Assembly: GCA_964413735.1 (NCBI GenBank)
Contig: CAYPSS010000005.1
Span: 4,398-68,397, forward strand
Source: an uncultured Gammaproteobacteria bacterium
GTDB lineage: Bacteria; Patescibacteriota; Patescibacteriia; UBA11705
DNA length: 64,000 bases
Direction of reading: 5' to 3'
The notes under the pieces were generated by a model that saw nothing but the letters and a program-made list of their open reading frames with translations, was not told the origin of the DNA and made no database searches. Shown here one piece after another: positions 48,672 through 57,875 of the stretch. Each line of letters opens with the position of its first letter. Within the stretch, counting starts at the first letter, position 1. The translations under genes were made by a program, and so were the position numbers.

Positions 48672-50117
48672 TTATTTTTGTTTTACTTCACGCATTTCCA
48701 GCAGATTAATTGCTTCATTATTTTCATGTGATTCACCGGAAATCACAATTATTTCATCGCCGGAATGAACAATTTTTTCTTTTTTCAAGTAACGCAAAGC
48801 GCGCATAATTAAATTTTCCAAATCATTTCCTCGAGGCAAAACAATTGGTGTCACGCCCCAAGATAAAATCAATTGACGAGAAATCCGCTTATCATCACAA
48901 GTGACAATAATCGGCACGGCCGGACGATAACGACTGACCATTCGCGCCAAATAACCGTTAAAAGAAATCGCTAAAATCGCTTGCGCTTCAACATTATTGG
49001 CCAAAAAACTGGCCATCTGACTAAAAGCTTTATTATTTTCCTCAATTAACGTCGGTTCAGTGATTTTTATAATTAAATCATCATAACTGGAAGCTTCGGT
49101 TTTCTCAATTATTTTTTTCATCATCAAGACCGCTTCCGCCGGATATTTACCATTAGCCGTTTCTCCGCTCAACATCAATGCATCGGCATGATCAATCACC
49201 GCATTGGCCACATCACTGACTTCCGCGCGCGTGGGACGAGGATTTTTTATCATGGAATCAAGCATTTGCGTGGCCACAATCACAGGCTTAAATTTTTCCA
49301 AACATTTATTAATAATCATTTTTTGCATTAATGGAACATCTTCAGCCGGCAATTCAATGCCCAAATCACCACGCGCCACCATTACCGCATCACAAGCCTC
49401 AATTATTTCATCAATATTTTCAATGGCTTCGCGTCTTTCAATTTTCACAATAATTTTTATTGATGAGGGGTTTTTGGTATTTATTTTTTTTTCATATTGC
49501 TCAATCACCTGGCGCAATTCTTGCACATCATTAGCACTACGAACAAAAGACATTGCCACAAAATCAACTTTGTTTTTCACTCCGAATTCCACGTCTAAAC
49601 GATCTTTTTCCGACAAAGAATTCAAACTTAATTTTGTATCCGGCAAATTTATTCCTTTATGCGTTTCCAATAATCCCCCAATATCAACTCGACAATGAAT
49701 GTTTTTTTGGAGCACTTTTTCAATCGTTAATCCAATCAAACCATCAACCAACAAAATTCGCTCCCCCTTTTCCACATCACGATGCATATTACGATAAGTT
49801 ACCGGGATTTTATGTCCATCAAAAATTTCCGTTTCGGTAGTTAAAATCACTTTTTCACCGGCGCGCAATACTAAACCGGACGGGCCCAAATCACCCACTC
49901 TGATTCTCGGTCCTTGTAAATCCTGAATTATTGCCACCACTTTTTTTTCCTTAGCTGCCGCACTTTGTACATTTTTCAAAAGTTTATAATGATCTTTTTG
50001 AGTCCCATGCGAAAAATTCAGACGCGCCAAATTCATTCCGTTTTTCATTAAACGACGCAACTTGATAATGGAAGATGATGCCGGCCCAATAGTACAAACT
50101 ATTTTTGTATTATTCAT
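48672..50117 (-). CDS. pyk: Pyruvate kinase
   Basis: TKIVCTIGP, RLNFSHG, DLQGP, MVARGDLG, ATQML, MLSGETA. Confidence 0.97.
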   Translation of the reverse strand: MNNTKIVCTIGPASSSIIKLRRLMKNGMNLARLNFSHGTQKDHYKLLKNVQSAAAKEKKVVAIIQDLQGPRIRVGDLGPSGLVLRAGEKVILTTETEIFDGHKIPVTYRNMHRDVEKGERILLVDGLIGLTIEKVLQKNIHCRVDIGGLLETHKGINLPDTKLSLNSLSEKDRLDVEFGVKNKVDFVAMSFVRSANDVQELRQVIEQYEKKINTKNPSSIKIIVKIERREAIENIDEIIEACDAVMVARGDLGIELPAEDVPLMQKMIINKCLEKFKPVIVATQMLDSMIKNPRPTRAEVSDVANAVIDHADALMLSGETANGKYPAEAVLMMKKIIEKTEASSYDDLIIKITEPTLIEENNKAFSQMASFLANNVEAQAILAISFNGYLARMVSRYRPAVPIIVTCDDKRISRQLILSWGVTPIVLPRGNDLENLIMRALRYLKKEKIVHSGDEIIVISGESHENNEAINLLEMREVKQK

Positions 50118-50198
50118 AATTAACAATTAAATACCGTATATTTGTTTTTATAATCAAAGCAATGCTTCAAACAAACTATTTTCCAATTAACCCCGATT

Positions 50199-50516
50199 CT
50201 ATATTTCAATTTTATCGGCGTATTTACCCAATATTGGCACTTCCCATTTTTCACCGTTCAAGGCTTTTAACAATCCCATAATCGACATAATAAAAAAGAA
50301 AATCATTGCCAAAGTGAAAATAATTTGACCCAAAATCGGAATGATATTTACAAAAAATACAATGGCTTCGGCAATAAACAATACCAAACCTTGTTTACCA
50401 TGATGTTTGGCATAAGCACTATCCTTGGCCAAAAGTAAAGGCAAAAAGCACAAAATACCGAAATAACCAACCGCGGCTAAAACTTTATTATTTTTTACAT
50501 CTTGAGGATCAAACAT
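50199..50516 (-). CDS. DUF4870-like small membrane protein
   Basis: NKVLAAVGY...HGKQGLVL...ALNGEKWEVP. Confidence 0.8.
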   Translation of the reverse strand: MFDPQDVKNNKVLAAVGYFGILCFLPLLLAKDSAYAKHHGKQGLVLFIAEAIVFFVNIIPILGQIIFTLAMIFFFIMSIMGLLKALNGEKWEVPILGKYADKIEI

Positions 50517-50587
50517 AATGTTAAATTAAAGAATTAAATTTTAATAATTTCAATTTCATTATACCACTAATTACGAAATTTTAATAA

Positions 50588-50947
50588 TCAAAAACTAATA
50601 TTTTCATAATGAGTAAATTTAGGACGCAAGCCGACAATTTCCACCACCATCACATCAAAGCGCGGTTCCAGGCTTATTTGTTTTTCAAACAAATATTTTT
50701 CCATTGTTTGTTTGAGATGTTGTTTTTTCCGTTCATTGATACTGTCTTCCGGAAAACCAAAACAACAGCTGGTACGCGTCTTTACTTCCACAAAAATAAT
50801 TTGATCTTTATAGGAAAAAATTAAATCAATTTCACCGCCGCGTCGACGCCAATTTTCCTCCATCAAAAGCCAATCTTTGGACGCCAAAAAGCGAACCGTT
50901 AATTGTTCGCCCCATTGACCGATTTTTTTGTTATAAAGTGAGCTCAT
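50588..50947 (-). CDS. YraN family (UPF0102) protein
   Basis: GQWGE...NWR..GGEIDLI...FVEVKTR...RFDV. Confidence 0.9.
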   Translation of the reverse strand: MSSLYNKKIGQWGEQLTVRFLASKDWLLMEENWRRRGGEIDLIFSYKDQIIFVEVKTRTSCCFGFPEDSINERKKQHLKQTMEKYLFEKQISLEPRFDVMVVEIVGLRPKFTHYENISF

Positions 50948-50948
50948 G

Positions 50949-51185
50949 CTAAAACAATAAATTACCCAAAGTAGCTTGAATAAAATTATTATGAAGATTG
51001 GTAATGGCCAATACACCCAAGAAAATGACAATAATCCCAATCAGTTTGTAAATCAACCGACTACCCCCAGAAAAAAATCTGCCGATTTGCAATTCACCGA
51101 TCAAACCATAAGGAATATCGGTTTTCCAGACAAAGAAAAAACCAATTCCGATCATAATGATACCAATAATAATTCGTCCAATCAT
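50949..51185 (-). CDS. Small two-TM membrane protein
   Basis: 78-aa ORF tightly coupled to yraN. Confidence 0.7.
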   Translation of the reverse strand: MIGRIIIGIIMIGIGFFFVWKTDIPYGLIGELQIGRFFSGGSRLIYKLIGIIVIFLGVLAITNLHNNFIQATLGNLLF

Positions 51186-51388
51186 AAATGTTTATTTTTA
51201 ATATTATAGCACAATAAAATTTTTTTAAAAAATTTAAATTCTTTCATACAAATAAAAATCGGCAAGCCCTAATATCCACAATATGAAATTTTCCCACTAT
51301 CAAAGATGACGGGCTATAAACATTATATTTCAACCAACTTGAATTTATTAAGAAATTTTCAAACACATAGCAATATTCAAATAATTCT

Positions 51389-51507
51389 TGGCTCCCCGAC
51401 CAGGATTCTCCGCCGGAGGCGGATGCGCCTTTGGCGCAGAACCCTCGAGGGTTTTTACGCCCTGCCACGTTAACAGCGCAGTGTTATACCAATTTTACTA
51501 TCAGGGA
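51389..51507 (-). pseudogene. Interrupted tRNA-Asn(GTT), copy A
   Basis: Acceptor TCCCTGA/TCGGGGA-GCCA pairs; anticodon GTT at 51472-51474; foreign long variable arm and a 30-bp palindrome in the T-loop. Confidence 0.75.
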
Positions 51508-51926
51508 TTAATATAAATAAAACAACCGGCTTCTACGCCGGCCTTTTTGTTATCTAGATCAGACAAAATAATCAAGCCGACGCTAACCGGTTATTATTAT
51601 TGTTTGATTGGATACCTCTGATTATCATATGATTTAATTATAGCACACTTTGAATAAAATGTCAAATAAAAAACCGATTGTATAACAATCGGTCAAATTA
51701 ATATCAGGCAAAAACGACTAACACAAAGAACCGTTCAAAATAATGATAAATAAAATCTGCGTAGCGAATAGGCAATCTTTCTTTTTTCTTTCGTCAGCGT
51801 TTCATATTCGCCCTCTTGGTAAAGGATTTAACTCAAATCATTATCAGGATTAATTAGCAATGTTAACAAATTATTATATTTTTGTCAAACATAAAACAGA
51901 CCTTCGAAGATCTGTTTTAATGTATT

Positions 51927-52427
51927 TTACAAGTAAAAATATTTCACGATTTTTAATAAGTCACTCTTGGCTTTTTCACCGGCCTCTATCTTTTCCCTCA
52001 ATTTTTCCGGTGTTAGCCAATAATATTCAATAAAATCATCCGGGTTAAAATTCGGCGCTTCATCAGACTGAATCTCATAAATTTGCATAAAGGCGGAAAC
52101 TTGATTTTCATGCGGTATTAACTTACCTAATAATTTCCAAGAAACTTGATTAATATCAATATTTAATTCCTCAGCCGTTTCTCGCTCAAAAGTTGTCTGA
52201 TAATCCTCCCCACTTTCCACATGACCACCCACACTCATATCCAGACATAATGGATAAATCCTCTTATTCGCTGTACGACGCGGAATCCACAATTCGCCCT
52301 TAGAGTTTTTCACAAAAGCATTAATTACCCGAAAATTGGATAAACCTTCTGCATAAATCTCAGATCTCAATTTTTTTCCAATTACTTGATCATGTTCATT
52401 TACTAAATCTAGCCATTCATCTTGCAT
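51927..52427 (-). CDS. NUDIX hydrolase (IDI/YfcD-like), copy 1
   Basis: LDLVNE.DQVIG, SVGGHVESGE, RETAEEL. Confidence 0.88.
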   Translation of the reverse strand: MQDEWLDLVNEHDQVIGKKLRSEIYAEGLSNFRVINAFVKNSKGELWIPRRTANKRIYPLCLDMSVGGHVESGEDYQTTFERETAEELNIDINQVSWKLLGKLIPHENQVSAFMQIYEIQSDEAPNFNPDDFIEYYWLTPEKLREKIEAGEKAKSDLLKIVKYFYL

Positions 52428-52694
52428 ATAAAAAATTAGTAAAGGCACTTTGAATAAAAAACTTGCAAACTTATAAATTAATAATGGTGCGTTTATTTAA
52501 CGAAATCCGAACCTTTTTTGAACAAAACTAATGACTCGCTTCGCGCGCCAAACTGAACGATCGGGCGGGCAAAAAGGAAGGGAGTTTGGGGGAAGGAATT
52601 TTTGTTTGTTTTTGTTTTCCACTGCCGCCGAATTTCGTGCCAACGAAGTTGGCGCGCCGCCATCTTAAATTACATTAACTCGTTAAACACAAAG

Positions 52695-54305
52695 CTATCC
52701 CAAAGCACTGATGGTCTTTTCAATTCTTTCTTGTAGTGTTCTGTCGTAATAAACATTAGCACCGTTAATTTCCATGAAATTTAATAATTTAGCAATTTTT
52801 TTGTCGGGTTCATAAATTCCTCTAGGTATTGGGACTTTCCTTTTGGTTTCTGACCTATCAGATTTTTCGAAATTTATATTTTCGATTCTATAACGACCTT
52901 CATAGTCATATCCTTCATCAAAACTTACCGTAAGTGATTCTCCACCAACATGGACGATTGTAAATGTGCCTTTTTCTTGACTATTCAAGGCTAATTGTGC
53001 AAGTTCCTTTTCACTTAGAGATGCAAGGTCAGCGCTCAAAGCCTTATTCGCGAGTTCTAAAGCATTTAACACTTGCTTCTTTTGTTCTGGTGTAAAAGAA
53101 TCAATTTGTTCTGAGAAATTTTCTAGTCTTTTTTCTTCCAAAGTATCTATCGCTGATTGGAGCGTTGCCTTCGTTTCATCTTTCCGGATGAGTTCAGGAT
53201 AATTTTCCGAGCGAAAATCAAATGACGCTAACCGAGCCCTCAGAAATCGTATAGCTCCCAATAAATAAGCTTGCGTTGCATCTTTAATTTCCTCAACCGT
53301 CATTGGTAGTGGCCAGCCCACTGCTTCCGCAGCTTCAACAGAAGCAAAAGTTTTGCCTTTTCCTTGCATTTCTCTCAAGGAAACAAACGATGTTCCAGTC
53401 CAAACCTTACGATCCTCAATAGCTTTTTGCAATTCTCCATCAACATCCTTCGCAACATGCTCTGCAAATTTATTCGGTCCTAGAATTTCGAAAAATGCCC
53501 TACAGCGGGGATTCATATCGATCGAACTATCATAAAAACCCTCTAATTCTAGTTTCAATTTTCGGACATCTGCTGTATCATCATTAGCAATACTAATTGC
53601 GTATTCTTTTCCAAATAAATCTCTAACCAATTCATAGTTCAATCTTTCCTGGTGGATAGCATCTTTAGCGAAATGCCAATCCCGGACCTTTACACCTCTA
53701 TAATCCTCTGTAACTCTCGGCTCAAGATAGCTTTTTACTTGAGCTAGAATGATATCACGATCCACACCTTCCACAGAGGAAGCTGTTCTTAAAAGTAGAT
53801 TCGTCTTAAATGATGATTGATCACCATCGCTGGTTGGTAAGTTTTTGACTATCTCCACAATTTCGCTTGAATGCCCGTGACCCGCCATTTCTTGAGCGAG
53901 TTGTTCTAACGCGCGCCTGAAATGCTCAAATGAATCGTTTGGCCGACTATCATAGTAAAAATAGGTGTCTGCTGCATATAGTGCAAACTCCTTAGCTTTA
54001 TTGGGATCGGTTTCATATAGCTGTGTAGCCTTTTCGGCAAATTCTGCATATAGTTCTGCGTATTCTTCCTCTTGTTTATAGTACAAACCAGATTGATACA
54101 GTTCGCTCAATACTTCGCCCCCTTCTTCATAAAATTTTTCGTTCTCTTCCCAATGTTTTCGTGCAAGATTTTCTAATCTTGCATTTATTTCCCCAACAAT
54201 AATTGCGCGCCTTTCAGATAATTCTATTTGTTCCGGCGTCATCATACCCTCGGCTTTTTTAATTTCTTTTTCGCTTGATTGATAGCCCTCTGGTGATTTT
54301 GGCAT
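52695..54305 (-). CDS. Acidic helical orphan protein (536 aa)
   Basis: Long ORF with purine-rich SD-like leader; no recognisable catalytic motif. Confidence 0.75.
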   Translation of the reverse strand: MPKSPEGYQSSEKEIKKAEGMMTPEQIELSERRAIIVGEINARLENLARKHWEENEKFYEEGGEVLSELYQSGLYYKQEEEYAELYAEFAEKATQLYETDPNKAKEFALYAADTYFYYDSRPNDSFEHFRRALEQLAQEMAGHGHSSEIVEIVKNLPTSDGDQSSFKTNLLLRTASSVEGVDRDIILAQVKSYLEPRVTEDYRGVKVRDWHFAKDAIHQERLNYELVRDLFGKEYAISIANDDTADVRKLKLELEGFYDSSIDMNPRCRAFFEILGPNKFAEHVAKDVDGELQKAIEDRKVWTGTSFVSLREMQGKGKTFASVEAAEAVGWPLPMTVEEIKDATQAYLLGAIRFLRARLASFDFRSENYPELIRKDETKATLQSAIDTLEEKRLENFSEQIDSFTPEQKKQVLNALELANKALSADLASLSEKELAQLALNSQEKGTFTIVHVGGESLTVSFDEGYDYEGRYRIENINFEKSDRSETKRKVPIPRGIYEPDKKIAKLLNFMEINGANVYYDRTLQERIEKTISALG

Positions 54306-54429
54306 ATTTTCCTTCCCTTTTCTTATATGGCGTTCGCCAATTTCGAAAAGTTAAATGAAGTTAATAATTATTAACCAGTTTGATTACTTGTAGTTTACCC
54401 CCCCAACACTTTTTACAATAGCCATAGTT

Positions 54430-54633
54430 ATTTAACAAATCCTCTATGTTAACATTAAGCGCTTTAGCAATCTTTGCCATAGTTTGGACGCTTTACTTAT
54501 TCACTGTGCTGCTTTCGACCTTCATAAGCGTTGTGTATTTTATATCCGCTTTCTTGGTTAAATCGTCTTGCGTCAAGCCAAGTTTAGTGCGGAGTTTCTT
54601 AATGTTTTTGCTGATAATTTTTCCACTTGTTAT
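54430..54633 (-). pseudogene. XRE-family HTH regulator pseudogene
   Basis: ITSGKIISKNIKKLRTKLGLTQDDL...VNK*SVQTMAKIAKALNVNIEDLL; start codon reads ATA; internal TAA at 54493-54495. Confidence 0.8.
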
Positions 54634-54739
54634 ATAAATAAAGTTTTAGCAGTATTATAGTATATGCGTTTGTTATCTGTATTTTAATATTACCAAATAA
54701 AATAAAATTAGACAAACAAAATTTCTGAAAGTTTAATTC

Positions 54740-54829
54740 TGATGCCCAAGAGAGCCTGTCTGCCGGTCCGCTTCGTCCGCGAAGCGAGACGAGCAGACAG
54801 GGACTTCCTTCGCTTCACTCAGGATAAAC
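54740..54829. repeat. tRNA 3'-end fragment interrupted by REP-like palindromes
   Basis: tgcccaagagag[cctgtctgc...gcagacagg]gactt resembles tgcccaggagaggactc at 54873-54889. Confidence 0.6.
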
Positions 54830-54869
54830 TTTTCGTCCTATTATGTGTATTCCTATTATTATTCAATAA

Positions 54870-54944
54870 TGGTGCCCAGGAGAGGACTCGAACCTGGAAC
54901 TCCACGTTAACAGCGCAGTGTTATACCAATTTTACTATCAGGGA
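54870..54944 (-). tRNA. Chimeric, probably non-functional tRNA-Asn(GTT), copy B
   Basis: Asn body through GTTCGA, then GTCCTCTCCTGGGCACCA (Leu-like 3' end); acceptor and T stems mispaired. Confidence 0.65.
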
Positions 54945-55144
54945 TTAATATAAATAAAACAACCGGCTTCTACGCCGGCCTTTTGTTATCTAGATCAAAC
55001 AAAATAACCAAGCCGACGCTAACCGGTTATTATTATTATTTGATTTGATCACTCTGATTATCATATGATTGCATTATAGCATACTTTGAATAAAATGTCA
55101 AACAAAAAACATCCTCTCGTTGGCGGATGCTTTATTACTTTCAT

Positions 55145-55366
55145 TCAATCACCAACTTTACGACGGTGACCAAGGGGGCGAAATGACAATGATGGGACCA
55201 ACCGATGATCTAATTTAGACTTTGTTTCTGGATCGACTAATTCATCGTCAATCGCCAAAGACAGCAAATGATCACCACAACGATAAAATCGTTTACGCTT
55301 ATCAGCCTGCAATGCTACTGGTGGATCATCTAATGGAGCACAAGAACAGCCCCGATGCTTAGACAT
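55145..55366 (-). CDS. Small Cys/His-containing orphan protein
   Basis: SD GGAG, own terminator; present only in the second duplication copy. Confidence 0.5.
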   Translation of the reverse strand: MSKHRGCSCAPLDDPPVALQADKRKRFYRCGDHLLSLAIDDELVDPETKSKLDHRLVPSLSFRPLGHRRKVGD

Positions 55367-55585
55367 TGTTATTCTCCGATAAAGAACCTACTAGTAAATT
55401 AACATAAATCATCATTAAAAAGCAAATTATCGGAAACAAAAAACCGACTGTATAACAATCGGTCAAATTAATATCAGGCAAAAACGACTGACACAAAGAA
55501 CCGTTCAAAATAATGATAAATAAAATCTGCGTAGCGAATAGGCAATCTTTCTTTTTTCTTTCGTCGCCGACGCATCAACACCATC

Positions 55586-56098
55586 TCAGATCTCCTTTGG
55601 TTGAGGTGATTTATTCCATAATTCATCAAACTGTTCTTGAGTCAAATAAATATCGGCTTTTTGCAATAGTTCATAACAAGGATACCAAAGTGAGCACATT
55701 AACAACATGTTCACATCTTCATTAATCATTCTCTTAACAGCTTTAAAAATTCGACGGTGGACATTAATTGAGACAAGTTGGTATTTCACAGCCATTGCAG
55801 TAGAATTGTTACTTGCAATAATGAATTGCACCTTACTAAGGGGTAAAGTAGTAATAATCATTTTTTGACGATCAAAGGTCCAAATAACCTGAATTTTTTG
55901 TTCAATATTTAAGCTACCCGATGAACCTTGAAATGTTCCAGTCTCTAAATTTCCACTACCAAGAGATAAAATTTGGACATTAACCACCTGAAATGGTTGA
56001 TCCATGTTATTTTGAATCCACAAAGTCTGAAAAGTATTGATTTTCATGCACCCGGAAAAAATCATTACAACCATCAATATTCCCAACTTAAATTTCAT
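55586..56098 (-). CDS. Putative lipoprotein, orphan
   Basis: MKFKLGILMVVMIFSGC lipobox-like signal; SD GGAGG. Confidence 0.65.
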   Translation of the reverse strand: MKFKLGILMVVMIFSGCMKINTFQTLWIQNNMDQPFQVVNVQILSLGSGNLETGTFQGSSGSLNIEQKIQVIWTFDRQKMIITTLPLSKVQFIIASNNSTAMAVKYQLVSINVHRRIFKAVKRMINEDVNMLLMCSLWYPCYELLQKADIYLTQEQFDELWNKSPQPKEI

Positions 56099-56218
56099 AG
56101 TGCCTCCCATTGGGAAAGGACATAAAAAGAACTTGATGGTAGATATTAACACAATTCCAGGAAAAGTCAATAGTAAAAAATGGGCATTTAACCCATTTAA
56201 TTAGTATCTAAATTTTGA

Positions 56219-56719
56219 TTAAGAGTAAAAATATTTCACTATTTTCAATAAATCACTCTTGGCTTTTTCACCGGCCTCAATCTTTTCCCTCAATTGTTCC
56301 GGTGTTAACCAATAATATTCAATAAAATCATCCAGGTTAAAATTCGGCGCTTCATCAGACTGAATCTCATAAATTTGCATAAAGGCGGAAACTTGATTTT
56401 CATGCGGTATTAACTTACCTAATAATTTCCAAGAAACTTGATTAATATCAATATTTAATTCCTCAGCCGTTTCTCGCTCAAAAGTTGTCTGATAATTCTC
56501 ACCGCTTTCCACATGACCACCCACACTCATATCCAAACACAATGGATAAATTATTTTGTGTGCTGTGCGTCGGGGAATCCATAATTCACCCTTAGAATTT
56601 TTCACAAAAGCATTAATTACGCGAAAATTAGACAAACCTTCCGCATAAATCTCCGATCGTAATTTCTTCCCAATTACTTGGTCATTTTCATTAACCAAAT
56701 CAAGCCATTCGTCTTGCAT
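56219..56719 (-). CDS. NUDIX hydrolase (IDI/YfcD-like), copy 2
   Basis: 166 aa; 7 amino-acid differences from copy 1. Confidence 0.88.
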   Translation of the reverse strand: MQDEWLDLVNENDQVIGKKLRSEIYAEGLSNFRVINAFVKNSKGELWIPRRTAHKIIYPLCLDMSVGGHVESGENYQTTFERETAEELNIDINQVSWKLLGKLIPHENQVSAFMQIYEIQSDEAPNFNLDDFIEYYWLTPEQLREKIEAGEKAKSDLLKIVKYFYS

Positions 56720-56927
56720 ATTTTGATATAAATTGATTTAAATCTGATTACCAAACCACATTAAAATTATCTTTAATATTACAATATATTATTTCCCGTA
56801 TTTTATCAAATATTCACTTAAAATAAAATATTTTCCACTAATTAAGCCCTGATTATTTAATAAAATTTCCTTTTTGATATTTGAAAATAAAGATGTATAC
56901 TGGTTATATCTATAACTATCAAATAAT

Positions 56928-57875
56928 ATGAATTCCAACCAACTTTATTTATCGATTGTCGTCCCGGTTTATAATGAAGAAGGCGCGATTGCCAATCTAC
57001 ATCATGAAATCAAAACCGTTTGCGAAAAACTCAACCGACCTTATGAAATTATTTTTGTTAATGATGGCTCTCAAGATAAAACTTTTGATGTTATGAAAAC
57101 TTTGGCCCCGTTAAAAATAATAAACTTCCGCCGCAACTTTGGCCAAACCGCGGCCATGGATGCAGGGATCAAAGCCGCCCAAGGAATTTATATTGCCACG
57201 CTAGATGGTGATGGTCAAAATGATCCTCATGATATTCCTCCAATGATTGAATATCTCCAAACTCAAGATCTTGATGTGGTTTCCGGCTGGCGAAAAAATC
57301 GCAAAGATACTTTTTTCAAAAAATTATCTTCTCGCTGTGCCGCTTTTGTTCGTAAACTTTTAATTAATGATGGAATTCATGATAGTGGCTGCTCACTTAA
57401 AATTTATAAAAAAGAATGCTTTCATAATGTTACTTTATCAGGTGAAATGCATCGTTTTATTCCCGCCACCCTAAAAATCAAAGGATTTAAAATTGGAGAA
57501 ATGGTAGTTAACCATCGTCCTAGAACAACCGGTTCAACCAAATATAACTGGAAACGCGGAATTAAGGGAATTTTGGATATGTTCTCGGTCTGGTTTTGGA
57601 AAAAATACTCCAATCGCCCCTTACATTTATTTGGTGGTGTGGGGATTTTCTTAATCCTTATTTCCGGATTGGCCGGTTTATGGGCGATTTATTTAAAAAT
57701 CTTCTTAAATCGTAGTCTTTCAGACACCGCGCTTACCATGTTGGCCTTGTTTGGTTTTATGACTGGTATTCAATTTATTGTTTTCGGCCTACTGGCTGAC
57801 ATTTCCGCCAAAAATTATTACACCATTCATCGTGAGGAAACTTATAATATAAAAGAAATAATAACCAATGAATAA
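56928..57875 (+). CDS. Polyprenol-phosphate glycosyltransferase (GT2, ArnC/DPM1-like)
   Basis: VVPVYNEE, NDGSQD, RNFGQTAA, DGDGQNDP, HRFIP; two C-terminal TM helices. Confidence 0.92.
   Translation: MNSNQLYLSIVVPVYNEEGAIANLHHEIKTVCEKLNRPYEIIFVNDGSQDKTFDVMKTLAPLKIINFRRNFGQTAAMDAGIKAAQGIYIATLDGDGQNDPHDIPPMIEYLQTQDLDVVSGWRKNRKDTFFKKLSSRCAAFVRKLLINDGIHDSGCSLKIYKKECFHNVTLSGEMHRFIPATLKIKGFKIGEMVVNHRPRTTGSTKYNWKRGIKGILDMFSVWFWKKYSNRPLHLFGGVGIFLILISGLAGLWAIYLKIFLNRSLSDTALTMLALFGFMTGIQFIVFGLLADISAKNYYTIHREETYNIKEIITNE

Larger units (their letters stand above)
52480..54875. mobile_element. Decayed integrative island remnant without integrase
   Basis: 11-bp direct repeat aataatggtgc at 52480-52490 and 54865-54875, the latter running into a tRNA 3' end; pseudogenised HTH inside. 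Confidence 0.65.
51465..56719. repeat. Diverged direct segmental duplication (about 51465-52427 vs 54902-56719)
   Basis: tRNA 5' half, upstream region, promoter and NUDIX gene occur twice; the second copy has extra inserts. Confidence 0.9.

Noticed and set aside
51244-51468. 74-aa ORF, and similar ORFs at 54742-54948 and 13374-13622
   Set aside because: Translations of tRNA and REP-like sequence; no coding signal
54446-54637. 63-aa plus-strand hydrophobic ORF
   Set aside because: Antisense shadow of the XRE pseudogene
55103-56200. Integron cassette array
   Set aside because: No intI and no attC-like repeats are recognisable
51927-56719. NUDIX duplicates as a DGR template/variable pair
   Set aside because: Differences are not adenine-specific and are mostly synonymous
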